64,000 bases of DNA from Candidatus Saccharimonadales bacterium (GCA_038213615.1 JBBQSV010000001.1:4032-68031), one strand, 5' to 3'. Shown: positions 1 to 9,061, counted from the first letter of the stretch. A program made the numbers and translations. The notes: generated from the letters alone by a model not told the origin.

Positions 1-483
1 GCTGCTCACGTAGCCGCTCTAGCTGGCACCTCTAAAGACCTAGCCACCCTAAACGGCCGCTGGGGTCTAGTAAAATGGCCAATGGTCAACCCCAAGAACA
101 TTCGTGACAAAATCTACGTTATCCTAAAAGAGCAGGGCAAGCACCTGCACTTCAACGAAATTGCCAAGGCTATCAAAGATTCTAGCTTCAAACGCAAAGA
201 CGTAACCACGCAGGCCATCCACAACGAACTTATCAAAGACAAGCGCTTTGTACTGATAGGGCGGGGCATTTACGCTCTAAAAGAGTGGGGCTACAAAAAG
301 GGCACCGTGGCTGACATCATAGCAGAGGTTCTAAAAAAGGCCGGTGAACCATTGCACCGCGACGAAATCGTCAAACGCGTACTAAAAAGCCGCTACGTCA
401 AGGAAACTACTATCTTACTGAACCTGCAGGGCAAACAACAGTTCAAGCGCGTTGCCAAAGCCACTTACACCCTAGCCAAATAG
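1..483 (+). CDS. HARE-HTH (RNAP delta N-terminal-like) winged-helix repeat protein, 5' end outside window
   Basis: Frame 1 is open from base 1. There are two full repeats of the pattern LH..EI...I...D.RFV.IGRG.YALKEW, plus a partial copy (GRWGLVKWP) at the window edge. Stop is TAG at 481-483. Confidence 0.6.
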   Translation, partial: AAHVAALAGTSKDLATLNGRWGLVKWPMVNPKNIRDKIYVILKEQGKHLHFNEIAKAIKDSSFKRKDVTTQAIHNELIKDKRFVLIGRGIYALKEWGYKKGTVADIIAEVLKKAGEPLHRDEIVKRVLKSRYVKETTILLNLQGKQQFKRVAKATYTLAK

Positions 484-492
484 GAGTAACTC

Positions 493-888
493 ATGTTACA
501 CGAGTTAGAAAGTTCACTGTTCAGTGAAAGGAACATAATCATCTTTCGCCACCTCCTGGTAACCGCGAATACTTTTGACCGCACGCCACACCAAATAGCC
601 GCACTCACTAGCCTTGTGCAAAAAATAGTCTACCGTGGACTGAATAACATGCTCGAAGCAGAGTTTGTATCCCGGGAAAGATTTTGGCCCTCTCAACGCA
701 TTATTCGTCCTATAAGTATCCCCGCGGCTCGCCAAAAACCTGACCGCACAGATTTCTATACAACCACTGACATAGGTAACGAAGCGTTTGAATCTATCAT
801 AGATAGCCGACTCGAATTTTATGAGCAAATCAGTGCAGATATCGGCGCCTTAGCCTCAAATCAAGAAAGAGACGAATTAACAGACTAA
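493..888 (+). CDS. hypothetical protein, Lys-poor (2 K in 131 aa), possible winged-helix
   Basis: AGGAG lies 7 nt upstream of the ATG, directly after the previous stop. The competing antisense ORF 514-828 has no such signal. No family motif recognised. Confidence 0.5.
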   Translation: MLHELESSLFSERNIIIFRHLLVTANTFDRTPHQIAALTSLVQKIVYRGLNNMLEAEFVSRERFWPSQRIIRPISIPAARQKPDRTDFYTTTDIGNEAFESIIDSRLEFYEQISADIGALASNQERDELTD

Positions 889-925
889 ACTTATCAGAAC
901 CAATTCAAGCCTTGTTTTTATTACT

Positions 926-941
926 GAACATTTTACGAACA
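926..941. repeat. 16-bp direct repeat copy 1 (GAACATTTTACGAACA)
   Basis: Identical 16-mer recurs at 1422-1437. Each copy holds two GAACA half-sites 11 bp apart. Confidence 0.7.
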
Positions 942-1087
942 AGGTTAGTGGTCGCTCAATTGGCAAAGCAAGCTCATGACGTAGCAGTAGCCGCAAGCAT
1001 GACAGGGCAACACAAAAATCAAAAACAAAATCCTAAAATATTAGGGCCGGGAACGTAGTAGAGCACACCAACTTAGCTATACATACA

Positions 1088-1115
1088 ACGTCGCACAATG
1101 TATATTTTGCGACTC
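1088..1115. other. dif-like Xer recombination site candidate
   Basis: Sequence is ACGTCGCACAATGTATATTTTGCGACTC. Its core matches 16/18 of the E. coli dif core CGCATAATGTATATTATG, including the TGTATA centre. Arms GTCGCA/TGCGAC are inverted repeats. It lies in the ORF-free convergent spacer 889-1456. Confidence 0.5.
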
Positions 1116-1421
1116 TATATTATCTTACATAGTTGATTACCAGTACCTCCCTAACAGGGGACTTTATCCTACTAACGTATAATCTGCCCGTATTACCGCT
1201 CTGCAGTAATACTCTACAACCATCCTTAACCGTTACTCTGGCTTAGGCCATATCGATCCTATAGTTTTCCACAGTCAGGCGTGAAATGATTTGCTTTCCA
1301 GGGTTTTTGTACTGTTATATGTTTTTTAGTCCTCTGCCCGCTTTGGGGTCCCTATTTGCTTTTTTACTATTTTGGTACTTAGTATAGTTTCTTGTCGCGC
1401 AACTAGCGTGACTACACGTAC

Positions 1422-1437
1422 GAACATTTTACGAACA
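1422..1437. repeat. 16-bp direct repeat copy 2 (GAACATTTTACGAACA)
   Basis: Exact copy of 926-941, 20 nt from the ftsQ stop. Here the half-sites are a perfect ACGAACA-tttt-ACGAACA. Confidence 0.7.
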
Positions 1438-1456
1438 CTGGCAGAGAAGAGTGGGG

Positions 1457-2335
1457 TTACCTATAAAACGCCCGCTGTTCAACCCGAACATCCACATACT
1501 GCCTGGGCACAATGTGAGTACGCTTGAGTTTGTGAGCCACAGCCAGGTATGTCCCTGCTTGCAGGCGTGCGTCGCCCTGGAGATTTGTCTTTATGTAATA
1601 CTTCTGTCCAGCAATGTCTACATTCAACTGATTAGCAACACTAGGCAATACCAGACTAGATACCGCCACCCTGCCGTAGGCCAGTTCCTGAATGAATGTT
1701 GTTATAAAGTCTACGGTACTACCTGGCAATATCTGCTGCCCTGGGTTTATGGCTAAACCGCTCTGGTCACTTATAGCCAACAGCTTAGGAGGTTGCCGTA
1801 AGCTACTGATATCAACAATAGCCCGGCCCGTGGTATCCAAAATGAACTTGTTGCCTAGCTGTGGGACTAATATATAGGCTGGTTCGGCCAGCTGGATAGC
1901 TATTACCGGCTTACGCCCCACCAACGGGACTTTAACGCTGACGTCTTCTATTTCTGGTAGTTTATCTCTGATTTGCCGCTCTACCTGGGCCGTATCTAAT
2001 GTTAGTTTATTGCCATTCCAAAATGATTTACCCAATATACTACTAACTTGTTGAGTATAGTAGCCCTGGCCTTTGGCAGGCAGGCTAGTTTGTTGATCGA
2101 TAGCCACAATTGGTGTGCTGCTGAGTGTAGATAGATAGACCATCGAAACAACTATCAGCACCAATGCTAGTAGGCTGGGCAGATGCTTCAGCCACTCCCA
2201 GCTGCGCCGTTTGCTAGGCCTGGGCGTGGGCCTAGAGTTGGCTCCAGAGCTATAGTAACCATAGCTTAAAGTTTTGGGGGCCTGGCTTGGGGTGCGTAGC
2301 CGTCGACCTGAGCTGGGCTTTTTTGGCCTAAACAT
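1457..2335 (-). CDS. ftsQ: cell division protein FtsQ/DivIB-like (POTRA)
   Basis: Basic N-tail, a single TM (LPSLLALVLIVVSMVYL) and a C-terminal YVDVRVEQRAFY-type end. Last gene of the dcw cluster; its start overlaps the murG stop by 8 nt. Confidence 0.75.
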   Translation of the reverse strand: MFRPKKPSSGRRLRTPSQAPKTLSYGYYSSGANSRPTPRPSKRRSWEWLKHLPSLLALVLIVVSMVYLSTLSSTPIVAIDQQTSLPAKGQGYYTQQVSSILGKSFWNGNKLTLDTAQVERQIRDKLPEIEDVSVKVPLVGRKPVIAIQLAEPAYILVPQLGNKFILDTTGRAIVDISSLRQPPKLLAISDQSGLAINPGQQILPGSTVDFITTFIQELAYGRVAVSSLVLPSVANQLNVDIAGQKYYIKTNLQGDARLQAGTYLAVAHKLKRTHIVPRQYVDVRVEQRAFYR

Positions 2336-3479
2336 GTTGCTTGGTACCAGCTAGCTCCAGCAATATGTTGGCCAGTTTTGCAGCGCCCCCAGTGGGCGTA
2401 ATTGACTGGAATTTATCCCCCAAAGCCGTTCGCTTTTCTTTACTATCTAACAGCTCTTCTGCCGCCAGGAGCAGAGGTTTGGCATCCTTGGCTAGCTCTT
2501 GCTCTGTCACAACCACCACCGCTCCCTGCTCGGCCAGTTTTTGAGCATTTATTACTTGATGCCCCCCTGTTAGCAAGGGGTTAGGAACCACCACACAAGC
2601 CCTGCCCTGCATGCCCAGTTCGGCCAGATTAGTAGCGCCTGCCCTGGTGATAACTACATCGGCAGCGCCCATGTAGCGGTACATGTCATATATAAAGTCT
2701 TTAACGATTAACCTAGGTGATTGTTGAAACTGGGCCCGGTTACCACGGCCAACCTGAACCACCACCCGAATATCTTTGTATTTGGCTAACAAGGCTGGCG
2801 TAATCTTGGCTACGGCGGTATTTAGCCTCTGCGCACCCAAGCTACCGCCGGTAACAAACAGTACCTTGGCATCACCCGGTAAGCCCAAGGTTTTTCTGTA
2901 CTCTGCCTGGAGTTTAGCGTCAACATGCTGAAAACTATTTGCCAGTAGTGGCCCGACAAACTTGGTTTTTTCTTTGGGATAGTTATAGAACTCTGCTGGC
3001 ATAGCGGTGGCGTGGACAGTAGCCCATTTGGACACCATACGGTTAGCTAGACCCGGTAAGGAATCAGAATCGTGTGTCACTAGCTTGATCCCAGCTCGGC
3101 CAGCCGCCATGCTCACCGGTACGCCTACGTAACCACCTTTTTGAAGTACCACATCGGGTTTAACCTTTTTGACTATACGCCTAGCCTGAAAGATGCCCCG
3201 TGCTATCCTGGCCACGTCCCTTGCGTTCAGTGCCATAACTTTCAGGTCTAGCAGATTACGAATTTTGCTTTGGCCGCTGTAGCGCCGAAACTTACCAGAA
3301 GATATCCGGTAGACCTCGTCGAACAGTTTACTGCCGTCGGCTATGTCGTCGAACTTACCGCCCCGTTCGCCAACGTAAACAATATGGCAGTTCGGCTGCT
3401 TAGCTTTGAGTTGCTCAGCGATTGCCAAGAGAGGCGTAATATGTCCGCCGGTCCCGCCCCCGGTAAGAAGAATTACCAT
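2328..3479 (-). CDS. murG: UDP-GlcNAc:lipid I N-acetylglucosaminyltransferase MurG
   Basis: Contains the LLTGGGTGGHITPLLA motif. Internal ATG 3479 (MVILLTGGG) is preferred over the ORF-track start 3590, which would overlap ftsW by 176 nt. Confidence 0.9.
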   Translation of the reverse strand: MVILLTGGGTGGHITPLLAIAEQLKAKQPNCHIVYVGERGGKFDDIADGSKLFDEVYRISSGKFRRYSGQSKIRNLLDLKVMALNARDVARIARGIFQARRIVKKVKPDVVLQKGGYVGVPVSMAAGRAGIKLVTHDSDSLPGLANRMVSKWATVHATAMPAEFYNYPKEKTKFVGPLLANSFQHVDAKLQAEYRKTLGLPGDAKVLFVTGGSLGAQRLNTAVAKITPALLAKYKDIRVVVQVGRGNRAQFQQSPRLIVKDFIYDMYRYMGAADVVITRAGATNLAELGMQGRACVVVPNPLLTGGHQVINAQKLAEQGAVVVVTEQELAKDAKPLLLAAEELLDSKEKRTALGDKFQSITPTGGAAKLANILLELAGTKQHV

Positions 3480-4659
3480 CGCTTGTCCCTTCTGCCTCGC
3501 CGGCCTGATTAATGTCGTAGGTGGTATATCTGGAAATATTAAACGCCACACCCATGATGGCGGCCACAAACATAATGCTGGTGCCCCCATAACTAATAAA
3601 TGGCAGTGTTATGCCCTTTAGGGGTAGCAGACCTATCATAGCGCCGATGTTCATGATCATCTGAGTGCTCAGCCAAGCCAAAATCCCCACCATGACCAAT
3701 CGACTAAATAAATCTGGGGCGCGTTCCATGATGTTTTTTAACTTCATGAACAAGGTCGTAAACAAAGCTAGTAACACCGTTACACCAATGAAGCCGAACT
3801 TCTCGGCGATAATGGCAAATATCGAGTCGTTGGCCGAATATGGCTGATAGCCATAAGCCTGTACGCCACGAGCCAATCCCTTGCCGGCTAAGCCACCAGA
3901 ACCTACCGAAATTAAGGCCTGACACTCCTGGTAACCGGTGTTCAGACAGTCGCTGTTGGGGCGCAAAAATGTAGTCAAACGATCCCGCCGATATCCCGTG
4001 CTAGACACCGCTAAAACAATGCCTATCAAAACTATGCCGCCAATGAATGCCACCTTTTTGAGTGGCATGCCGACTATGTAGCACATAGCCGCCACCATAG
4101 CGACAATCACGCCGGTTGAACCAAGATCTCTTTGTACAATGGTCACTACCACTCCAACCAGACCGAGCATGATTAGTAGTGGCCTAAATGTCTTATCAAA
4201 ATCCCCCAGTAAGCCACGTTTGTATCGGTCTACCAAAAATACTGCTAGCCAAATAAGCACCGCAAACTTAGCTAACTCTACGGCCTGAAATGAAAGCCCG
4301 CCTATCTGGATCCAGCGGTAAGCACCGTTCACTTTCTGGCCAAGCAAGCGCACCCCGGCGGCTGCAATTAACGCACCTATAATTAAATGCTTCTGAAATC
4401 TTCGCCAAACTGCCAGTGGGATCAACGAAGTCGCTACAAACGCTATTAGGCCTAGGCCAATAGCCATCAACTGCTTGGTAACATAATAATTCTCGCCCAC
4501 TCCCTGCTGAGCGGCCAGGCCTGGGCCGATGGAATATATAACTACTAAACCAAAAACGAGTAGGATAACACTCAGTAAAACCAGGCTGTAGTCTGGTTTG
4601 TGTCGGCGCTGCCAAGTACGGTTTAGTAAACCAGATTTGCGGCGACTAGACGGGCTCAT
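3415..4659 (-). CDS. ftsW: SEDS-family peptidoglycan polymerase FtsW
   Basis: Polytopic FtsW/RodA-like protein in dcw context. ATG at 4657-4659 overlaps the mraY TGA (ATGA coupling). ORF-track start 4722 is an upstream alternative. Confidence 0.9.
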   Translation of the reverse strand: MSPSSRRKSGLLNRTWQRRHKPDYSLVLLSVILLVFGLVVIYSIGPGLAAQQGVGENYYVTKQLMAIGLGLIAFVATSLIPLAVWRRFQKHLIIGALIAAAGVRLLGQKVNGAYRWIQIGGLSFQAVELAKFAVLIWLAVFLVDRYKRGLLGDFDKTFRPLLIMLGLVGVVVTIVQRDLGSTGVIVAMVAAMCYIVGMPLKKVAFIGGIVLIGIVLAVSSTGYRRDRLTTFLRPNSDCLNTGYQECQALISVGSGGLAGKGLARGVQAYGYQPYSANDSIFAIIAEKFGFIGVTVLLALFTTLFMKLKNIMERAPDLFSRLVMVGILAWLSTQMIMNIGAMIGLLPLKGITLPFISYGGTSIMFVAAIMGVAFNISRYTTYDINQAGEAEGTSDGNSSYRGRDRRTYYASLGNR

Positions 4660-5696
4660 CCCTTTCTCCCTAGCAAGAACAGTATCAGACCAACCACACC
4701 GGCCACTTGGCCAATAATCCAAAACCGCATGGTTACCTTGGTCTCTGGCCAGCCACCGGCCTCGAAGTGATGGTGTATGGGAGCAATCCGGAATATCTTT
4801 TTACCACGCAACCGTTTAGAAGCCAGTTGCAGTACAGAGGACCCGGCCTCGGCTACAAATACGATGCCAATTATAGGCAGCAGTGCCACGGTATTAGTCA
4901 GCATGGCCACCACGCCCAGCGCCGTCCCCAGCGCAAAGGACCCCACATCACCCATAAAGAACCTAGCTGGGAAAATATTGAACCAGGTGTAGCTTAGCAG
5001 CGCGCCAACGATGCTCATACAAAAGCCTGATACTCCGTAGCGACCCTCGATAAAAGCAATCAAGGCGTAAGCTCCAAAGGCACTAGCGCACAAACCACCA
5101 GCTAGGCCATCCAGGCCATCACTGATGTTCACAGCATTGGCTGTAGCCACCACCACGAATATAAACAAAGGTATAATCAGCCAACCTAGCCTGATGTCTC
5201 CATGCCCAATAATATTGACACTATCTACATTTAGCTTGAAGTAAAAGAACCAACCACCAATAGCTGCCACGGACGTAATCATAAATAACTTCAGCTTGGC
5301 CGACAGGCCGGCCACACCACTGCCGGTGCCTTTGATGTTTATAAAATCATCGATCAGACCAACAGCGGCGGCCCCAGCTAGTGCGGCTACCGGTAGCCAT
5401 GTTTCTGCCCTAGCCAAGTTAAAAACTATAGTCACTAAACCAGCCGACAGTACGAATATCATACCGGCCATGGTGGGAATATGGCGTTTGTGTTTATCGC
5501 CGTGCAGCTGATTAAATACGGCTGCTTTCTCACCGCTAACAGCAGTAGCCCTGGGCTTCTTCCACCACATTTTGCGGTAAGCCAACGTAGTGTAAAATGG
5601 CGTGATCAACATGCTCAGAAAAAAGCTAAGTGAGCCTAGCAACAGAATGCGAATGACTGTGTTTGTTTGAACGGTGATGTTTAGTATTTGTATCAT
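4656..5696 (-). CDS. mraY: phospho-N-acetylmuramoyl-pentapeptide transferase MraY
   Basis: Polytopic protein with NAVNISDGLDGLAGG and APIHHHFE motifs. Confidence 0.95.
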   Translation of the reverse strand: MIQILNITVQTNTVIRILLLGSLSFFLSMLITPFYTTLAYRKMWWKKPRATAVSGEKAAVFNQLHGDKHKRHIPTMAGMIFVLSAGLVTIVFNLARAETWLPVAALAGAAAVGLIDDFINIKGTGSGVAGLSAKLKLFMITSVAAIGGWFFYFKLNVDSVNIIGHGDIRLGWLIIPLFIFVVVATANAVNISDGLDGLAGGLCASAFGAYALIAFIEGRYGVSGFCMSIVGALLSYTWFNIFPARFFMGDVGSFALGTALGVVAMLTNTVALLPIIGIVFVAEAGSSVLQLASKRLRGKKIFRIAPIHHHFEAGGWPETKVTMRFWIIGQVAGVVGLILFLLGRKG

Positions 5697-5719
5697 GCGG
5701 TCTATCTAATTATACTCCC

Positions 5720-7489
5720 CTAGCGCGCCACTGGCACACCGTAGTTGTTTATTAATGTCATAGCTACCCTAGAAAATATTGGAGCTGCTGCAGCCGCCCC
5801 TGCATAATAAAACACGTGTACGTGTGGTTGGTTAACCCGAATAACCACCACGTAGGTGGGCCGGTTGCCGCCTACAAAACCCATGAAAGTACCGTTGAAG
5901 CGGTCAGTGTAGTAGCCGCCGTTAGGATTAGCAATCTCTGGTGTACCAGTCTTGCCGCCGATCATATACCCCGCCGGCAGCGTGGGCAGCCCGTAAAGCA
6001 CGTGGTTGCGGTTAACAACGTACTCCATAAGCTGACGAATATCACGACCAGTCGATGGTTTTACTACGCCAGTCCTAACAATCTGGGCAGCGTTTTGACT
6101 GACACTACCATCGGCCGAGATGTATTTTTCTACAAGCCTAGGTTTATAGTAAGTACCCCCGTTGATCATACTAGACAACCCAGCCGCTACCTGCAAAGGC
6201 GTTATTGATACACCTTGGCCAAAGGCAGTGTTGGCGTACTTGATGTTCAGTCCAAACCCAGTATCCGGTTCTGGCACACTACCGGGTGATTCATAACCCT
6301 GCTCTACCCCCGTAGATTTGCCAAACTGATAGTGATTGACCATATAGTCGTGCCAAGTATCCCGAGCCCGTTTGTTCACCTGGCCGCCACCCATTTGCAT
6401 TAACATCCAGGTAGCTCCAGTGTTTAGTGACAGCTGCAAAACATCACGCAGGGTTCGATGTGCGGCACCGCCATCCTCTACTACGTCGCGGATGGTCTTG
6501 CCATCCAATGTGTATGACCCCGGGTCGTCAAAGCTACTGTTTTGAGTAAATGCGCCGGTGTTGATGCCGGCCGCTGCTGTAAATGGCTTCATAATAGAGC
6601 CGATTTCTAGTGGCGAGCTAACCGCCGCATTGTTAAACAAACTGGGGTCTTTGACGTTATAAAACTTTGACGGATCGTAGGATGGATAGTTGACCATGGC
6701 TTTGATGGCTCCGGTATTGGGGTCCATAATCAACGCACTACCAGATTTTGAGTTGGCCTTGTCTAACCCCCACTTCAGTATGTTAGCCAACTGCTGTTGC
6801 AAGCCAATATCAACTGTCAAAACGGCCGTATCGCCAGACTTTGGACTGATAACTATATTATCTTTATTGCTAGCCAGCGGCACTCCCTCGGCATCGGTGA
6901 TGGCTTTTAGCTGCCCGGGCGTGCCCCCCAGACGGCTGTTCAGGGCTTGCTCCAACCCATATTGGCCTTTGCCAGCATCATCTACAAAACCTAGTAGCTG
7001 TGAGCCCAGACTACCCTCTGGATAGGTGCGATACGGCACCGCACGTGTCCCTACCCCCTTGATATTAAGATTGTCCACCTTTTGCTTAGTGGCGGTATCC
7101 AGCTTTTTGGCCAGTACTACATAACGTAGCTCAGAGTGCATCAACCGTTCATAATCACTGGCTTTACCCCCGGTAATAGTAGCGATTTCTAGGCTGGCCT
7201 GATGCGGGTCACTAATATACTTAGGATCGGCGAATAATGTATAAAGCGTTTGGTTGAGCACCAGGGGCACAACCTGTGACCCATCATGGGCCTCTATCAG
7301 ACCACGGTCGGCCGGTATCTCGTACTGCTTTAGCTGACTGGCTAAGGCTAATTTGGAATAATAATCATGTCGAATAACTTGCAGATAAAACAGCCGCACA
7401 ATGAAAATGCCAGCTACCAACACTAAAAACGCATACCAGATTCGTATGCGCCTAATTTGTTGCGGTATTTTGGTCTCAACTGTACTCAT
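5720..7489 (-). CDS. ftsI: class B penicillin-binding protein (FtsI-like transpeptidase)
   Basis: N-terminal TM plus SxxK (SIMK), SxN (SLN) and KTG (KTGT) boxes; located in the dcw cluster. Confidence 0.9.
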   Translation of the reverse strand: MSTVETKIPQQIRRIRIWYAFLVLVAGIFIVRLFYLQVIRHDYYSKLALASQLKQYEIPADRGLIEAHDGSQVVPLVLNQTLYTLFADPKYISDPHQASLEIATITGGKASDYERLMHSELRYVVLAKKLDTATKQKVDNLNIKGVGTRAVPYRTYPEGSLGSQLLGFVDDAGKGQYGLEQALNSRLGGTPGQLKAITDAEGVPLASNKDNIVISPKSGDTAVLTVDIGLQQQLANILKWGLDKANSKSGSALIMDPNTGAIKAMVNYPSYDPSKFYNVKDPSLFNNAAVSSPLEIGSIMKPFTAAAGINTGAFTQNSSFDDPGSYTLDGKTIRDVVEDGGAAHRTLRDVLQLSLNTGATWMLMQMGGGQVNKRARDTWHDYMVNHYQFGKSTGVEQGYESPGSVPEPDTGFGLNIKYANTAFGQGVSITPLQVAAGLSSMINGGTYYKPRLVEKYISADGSVSQNAAQIVRTGVVKPSTGRDIRQLMEYVVNRNHVLYGLPTLPAGYMIGGKTGTPEIANPNGGYYTDRFNGTFMGFVGGNRPTYVVVIRVNQPHVHVFYYAGAAAAAPIFSRVAMTLINNYGVPVAR

Positions 7490-7509
7490 AGGCTTTGATT
7501 AGATTATGG

Positions 7510-7857
7510 CTAGTTCTGTACTGTGGAGGCTGGCACTACCGACACTAAGTTCTTGGCGACCTTGCTGCCCTGTACACGACTAAGGGCTTGTAGCCTGGCC
7601 GAAGCCACTTGTAAATCAGAATTTTCTTGCTTGAGCGATGACTGTTGCTGTTGGAGTTTGTTGATGCTATAGCTGTAGGCATTAGTCTTGGTGACCTGGG
7701 TAAGGTATAGCAAACCCAGTAGACAGGCCAACACAATTAGAATGATGGTGTTGCTAACTGGCCCGAGCGCCGCCTCTTTGGCTGCGAAGGCAGTGGTGTT
7801 TTGGCCACGCATGTTGAATCTTTGCCGGCTGGCAGCAATGGAGCTAGAGTATGTCAT
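7510..7857 (-). CDS. ftsL: FtsL-like cell division protein
   Basis: 115 aa with one TM followed by a coiled coil (LQQQQSSLKQENSDLQ). Canonical position between rsmH and the PBP gene. Confidence 0.65.
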   Translation of the reverse strand: MTYSSSIAASRQRFNMRGQNTTAFAAKEAALGPVSNTIILIVLACLLGLLYLTQVTKTNAYSYSINKLQQQQSSLKQENSDLQVASARLQALSRVQGSKVAKNLVSVVPASTVQN

Positions 7858-7885
7858 GTATTTTTATCCTTTTGTTTTTGTTTGG

Positions 7886-7914
7886 TGGTCCGCCACTTTT
7901 TTGGTGGCGGACCA
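7886..7914 (-). promoter_or_regulatory. perfect 11-bp GC-rich stem-loop between rsmH and ftsL
   Basis: TGGTCCGCCAC (7886-7896) pairs with GTGGCGGACCA (7904-7914) across a 7-nt loop. No U-tract follows in the gene direction. It sits about 28 nt upstream of the ftsL ATG. Confidence 0.4.
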
Positions 7915-8012
7915 TTTGTCGTACTTGGCTCTAGCCTACTCGGACTTTTACCTTGTACGAACGGGAGAGGTTTTTTACCTGGATAGGCATTAAAGCCCCC
8001 TTCTTTTGTTTT

Positions 8013-8975
8013 TTATTTTTTAACTGCGGCTCGGAGCTTGGCGCTCCGGGCTCGCGGATTGTAAACAATCTCGTCGGCGTCGGCCGTGATCGGTTGCTTG
8101 CCTAGCAACTTCAGGACTGCGTCGTAACGATTACCAGCATGTTCGGCAAAGAATTGTTTAACAATTCTGTCTTCCAAACTATGAAAGCTGATAACCGCAA
8201 TTCGGCCTCCTGGTGCCAATAGGTCTAACCATATTGGCAATGCCCTTTCTAGCAAACCCAACTCGTCGTTCACTGCTATGCGTAAAGCCTGAAACGTTTT
8301 AGTGGCTGGGTGAACCTTGGCTTTGCCTCTTGGCTTGGCCCCAGCTACTATCCCTGCCAATTGAGTGGTAGTACTGATGGGACGGCTAGCTACAATTGCC
8401 CGCGCTATTCGTTTGGACATTGGCTCTTCGCCATAACGCCAAATGATGTCGGCCAACCCTGGGCCATCTAGGTTGTTGACCAAATCAGCTGCCTTAGCTG
8501 ACTGAGTTTGGTCCATTCGCATATCGAGTGGGCCTTCTGCTTTTAGGCTAAAGCCACGCTCGGCATTGTCAAGGTGCGGTGACGACACACCCAAATCCGC
8601 CAATATGATGTCGAATTGCTTCCCTGCCGACTTTAGCTGTTCAGCCATTGTCTCGAAGTCGCCGTGTAGTATTTCTACCCCAAAGCCTTCGTATTTGATA
8701 CGCAGTTGGTCAATCGCATTTTGATCGCGATCCACTAAAGAGGATTGTTGATGGTTAAAGGTGCGTTCCAGGATCAAGTCCGCATGTCCGCCGTATCCCG
8801 CCGTTAGGTCAAGGAAGCGATCCTTGCCCTTTGGGTCCAAGACATTTAGAACGTGCTGGGCCAGAACTGGAATATGTTGTTGTCTTGCAGAGAGCCCTGA
8901 CCCGCTATACTCAGTGGGCCAAGATTTACCGCCAAGATCTTTTTTGGTTTGGTGTTTTTGTGGTGTGTCTTTCAT
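8013..8975 (-). CDS. rsmH: 16S rRNA (cytosine1402-N4)-methyltransferase RsmH/MraW
   Basis: DLTAGYGGHA SAM motif and ISFHSLEDRIVK motif; dcw context. Confidence 0.95.
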   Translation of the reverse strand: MKDTPQKHQTKKDLGGKSWPTEYSGSGLSARQQHIPVLAQHVLNVLDPKGKDRFLDLTAGYGGHADLILERTFNHQQSSLVDRDQNAIDQLRIKYEGFGVEILHGDFETMAEQLKSAGKQFDIILADLGVSSPHLDNAERGFSLKAEGPLDMRMDQTQSAKAADLVNNLDGPGLADIIWRYGEEPMSKRIARAIVASRPISTTTQLAGIVAGAKPRGKAKVHPATKTFQALRIAVNDELGLLERALPIWLDLLAPGGRIAVISFHSLEDRIVKQFFAEHAGNRYDAVLKLLGKQPITADADEIVYNPRARSAKLRAAVKK

Positions 8976-9031
8976 GTAAACTTTTGTTTTTGCTTATTGA
9001 TCACGCCGGAGGCGAATCAACAAGAATTTTT

Positions 9032-9061
9032 GTTTTACAAGGTCACCTATCCAGCAGTCAA
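9032..9061 (-). promoter_or_regulatory. candidate internal promoter upstream of rsmH
   Basis: On the minus strand: TTGACT, 18-nt spacer, TAAAAC, about 55 nt upstream of the rsmH ATG. Confidence 0.3.

Noticed and set aside
1130-1175. RNase P RNA-like motif on the minus strand. AGGATAAAGTCCCCTGTTAGGGAGGTACTGGTAATC resembles GAGGAAAGUCCGGGCUCCAUAGGGCAGGGUGCCAGGUAAC, and a possible P4 partner AAGGCTTGA lies near 905-915.
   Set aside because: The P4 motif has an inserted U. I could not find the other universal elements (ACAGAA, GGUGAAA/GGUAAG modules) or a convincing P1-P3 pairing. The putative 3' P4 strand is also part of a simple local inverted repeat (CCTTGTT...AACAAGG). A covariance-model scan (Rfam RF00010/RF00011) would settle it.
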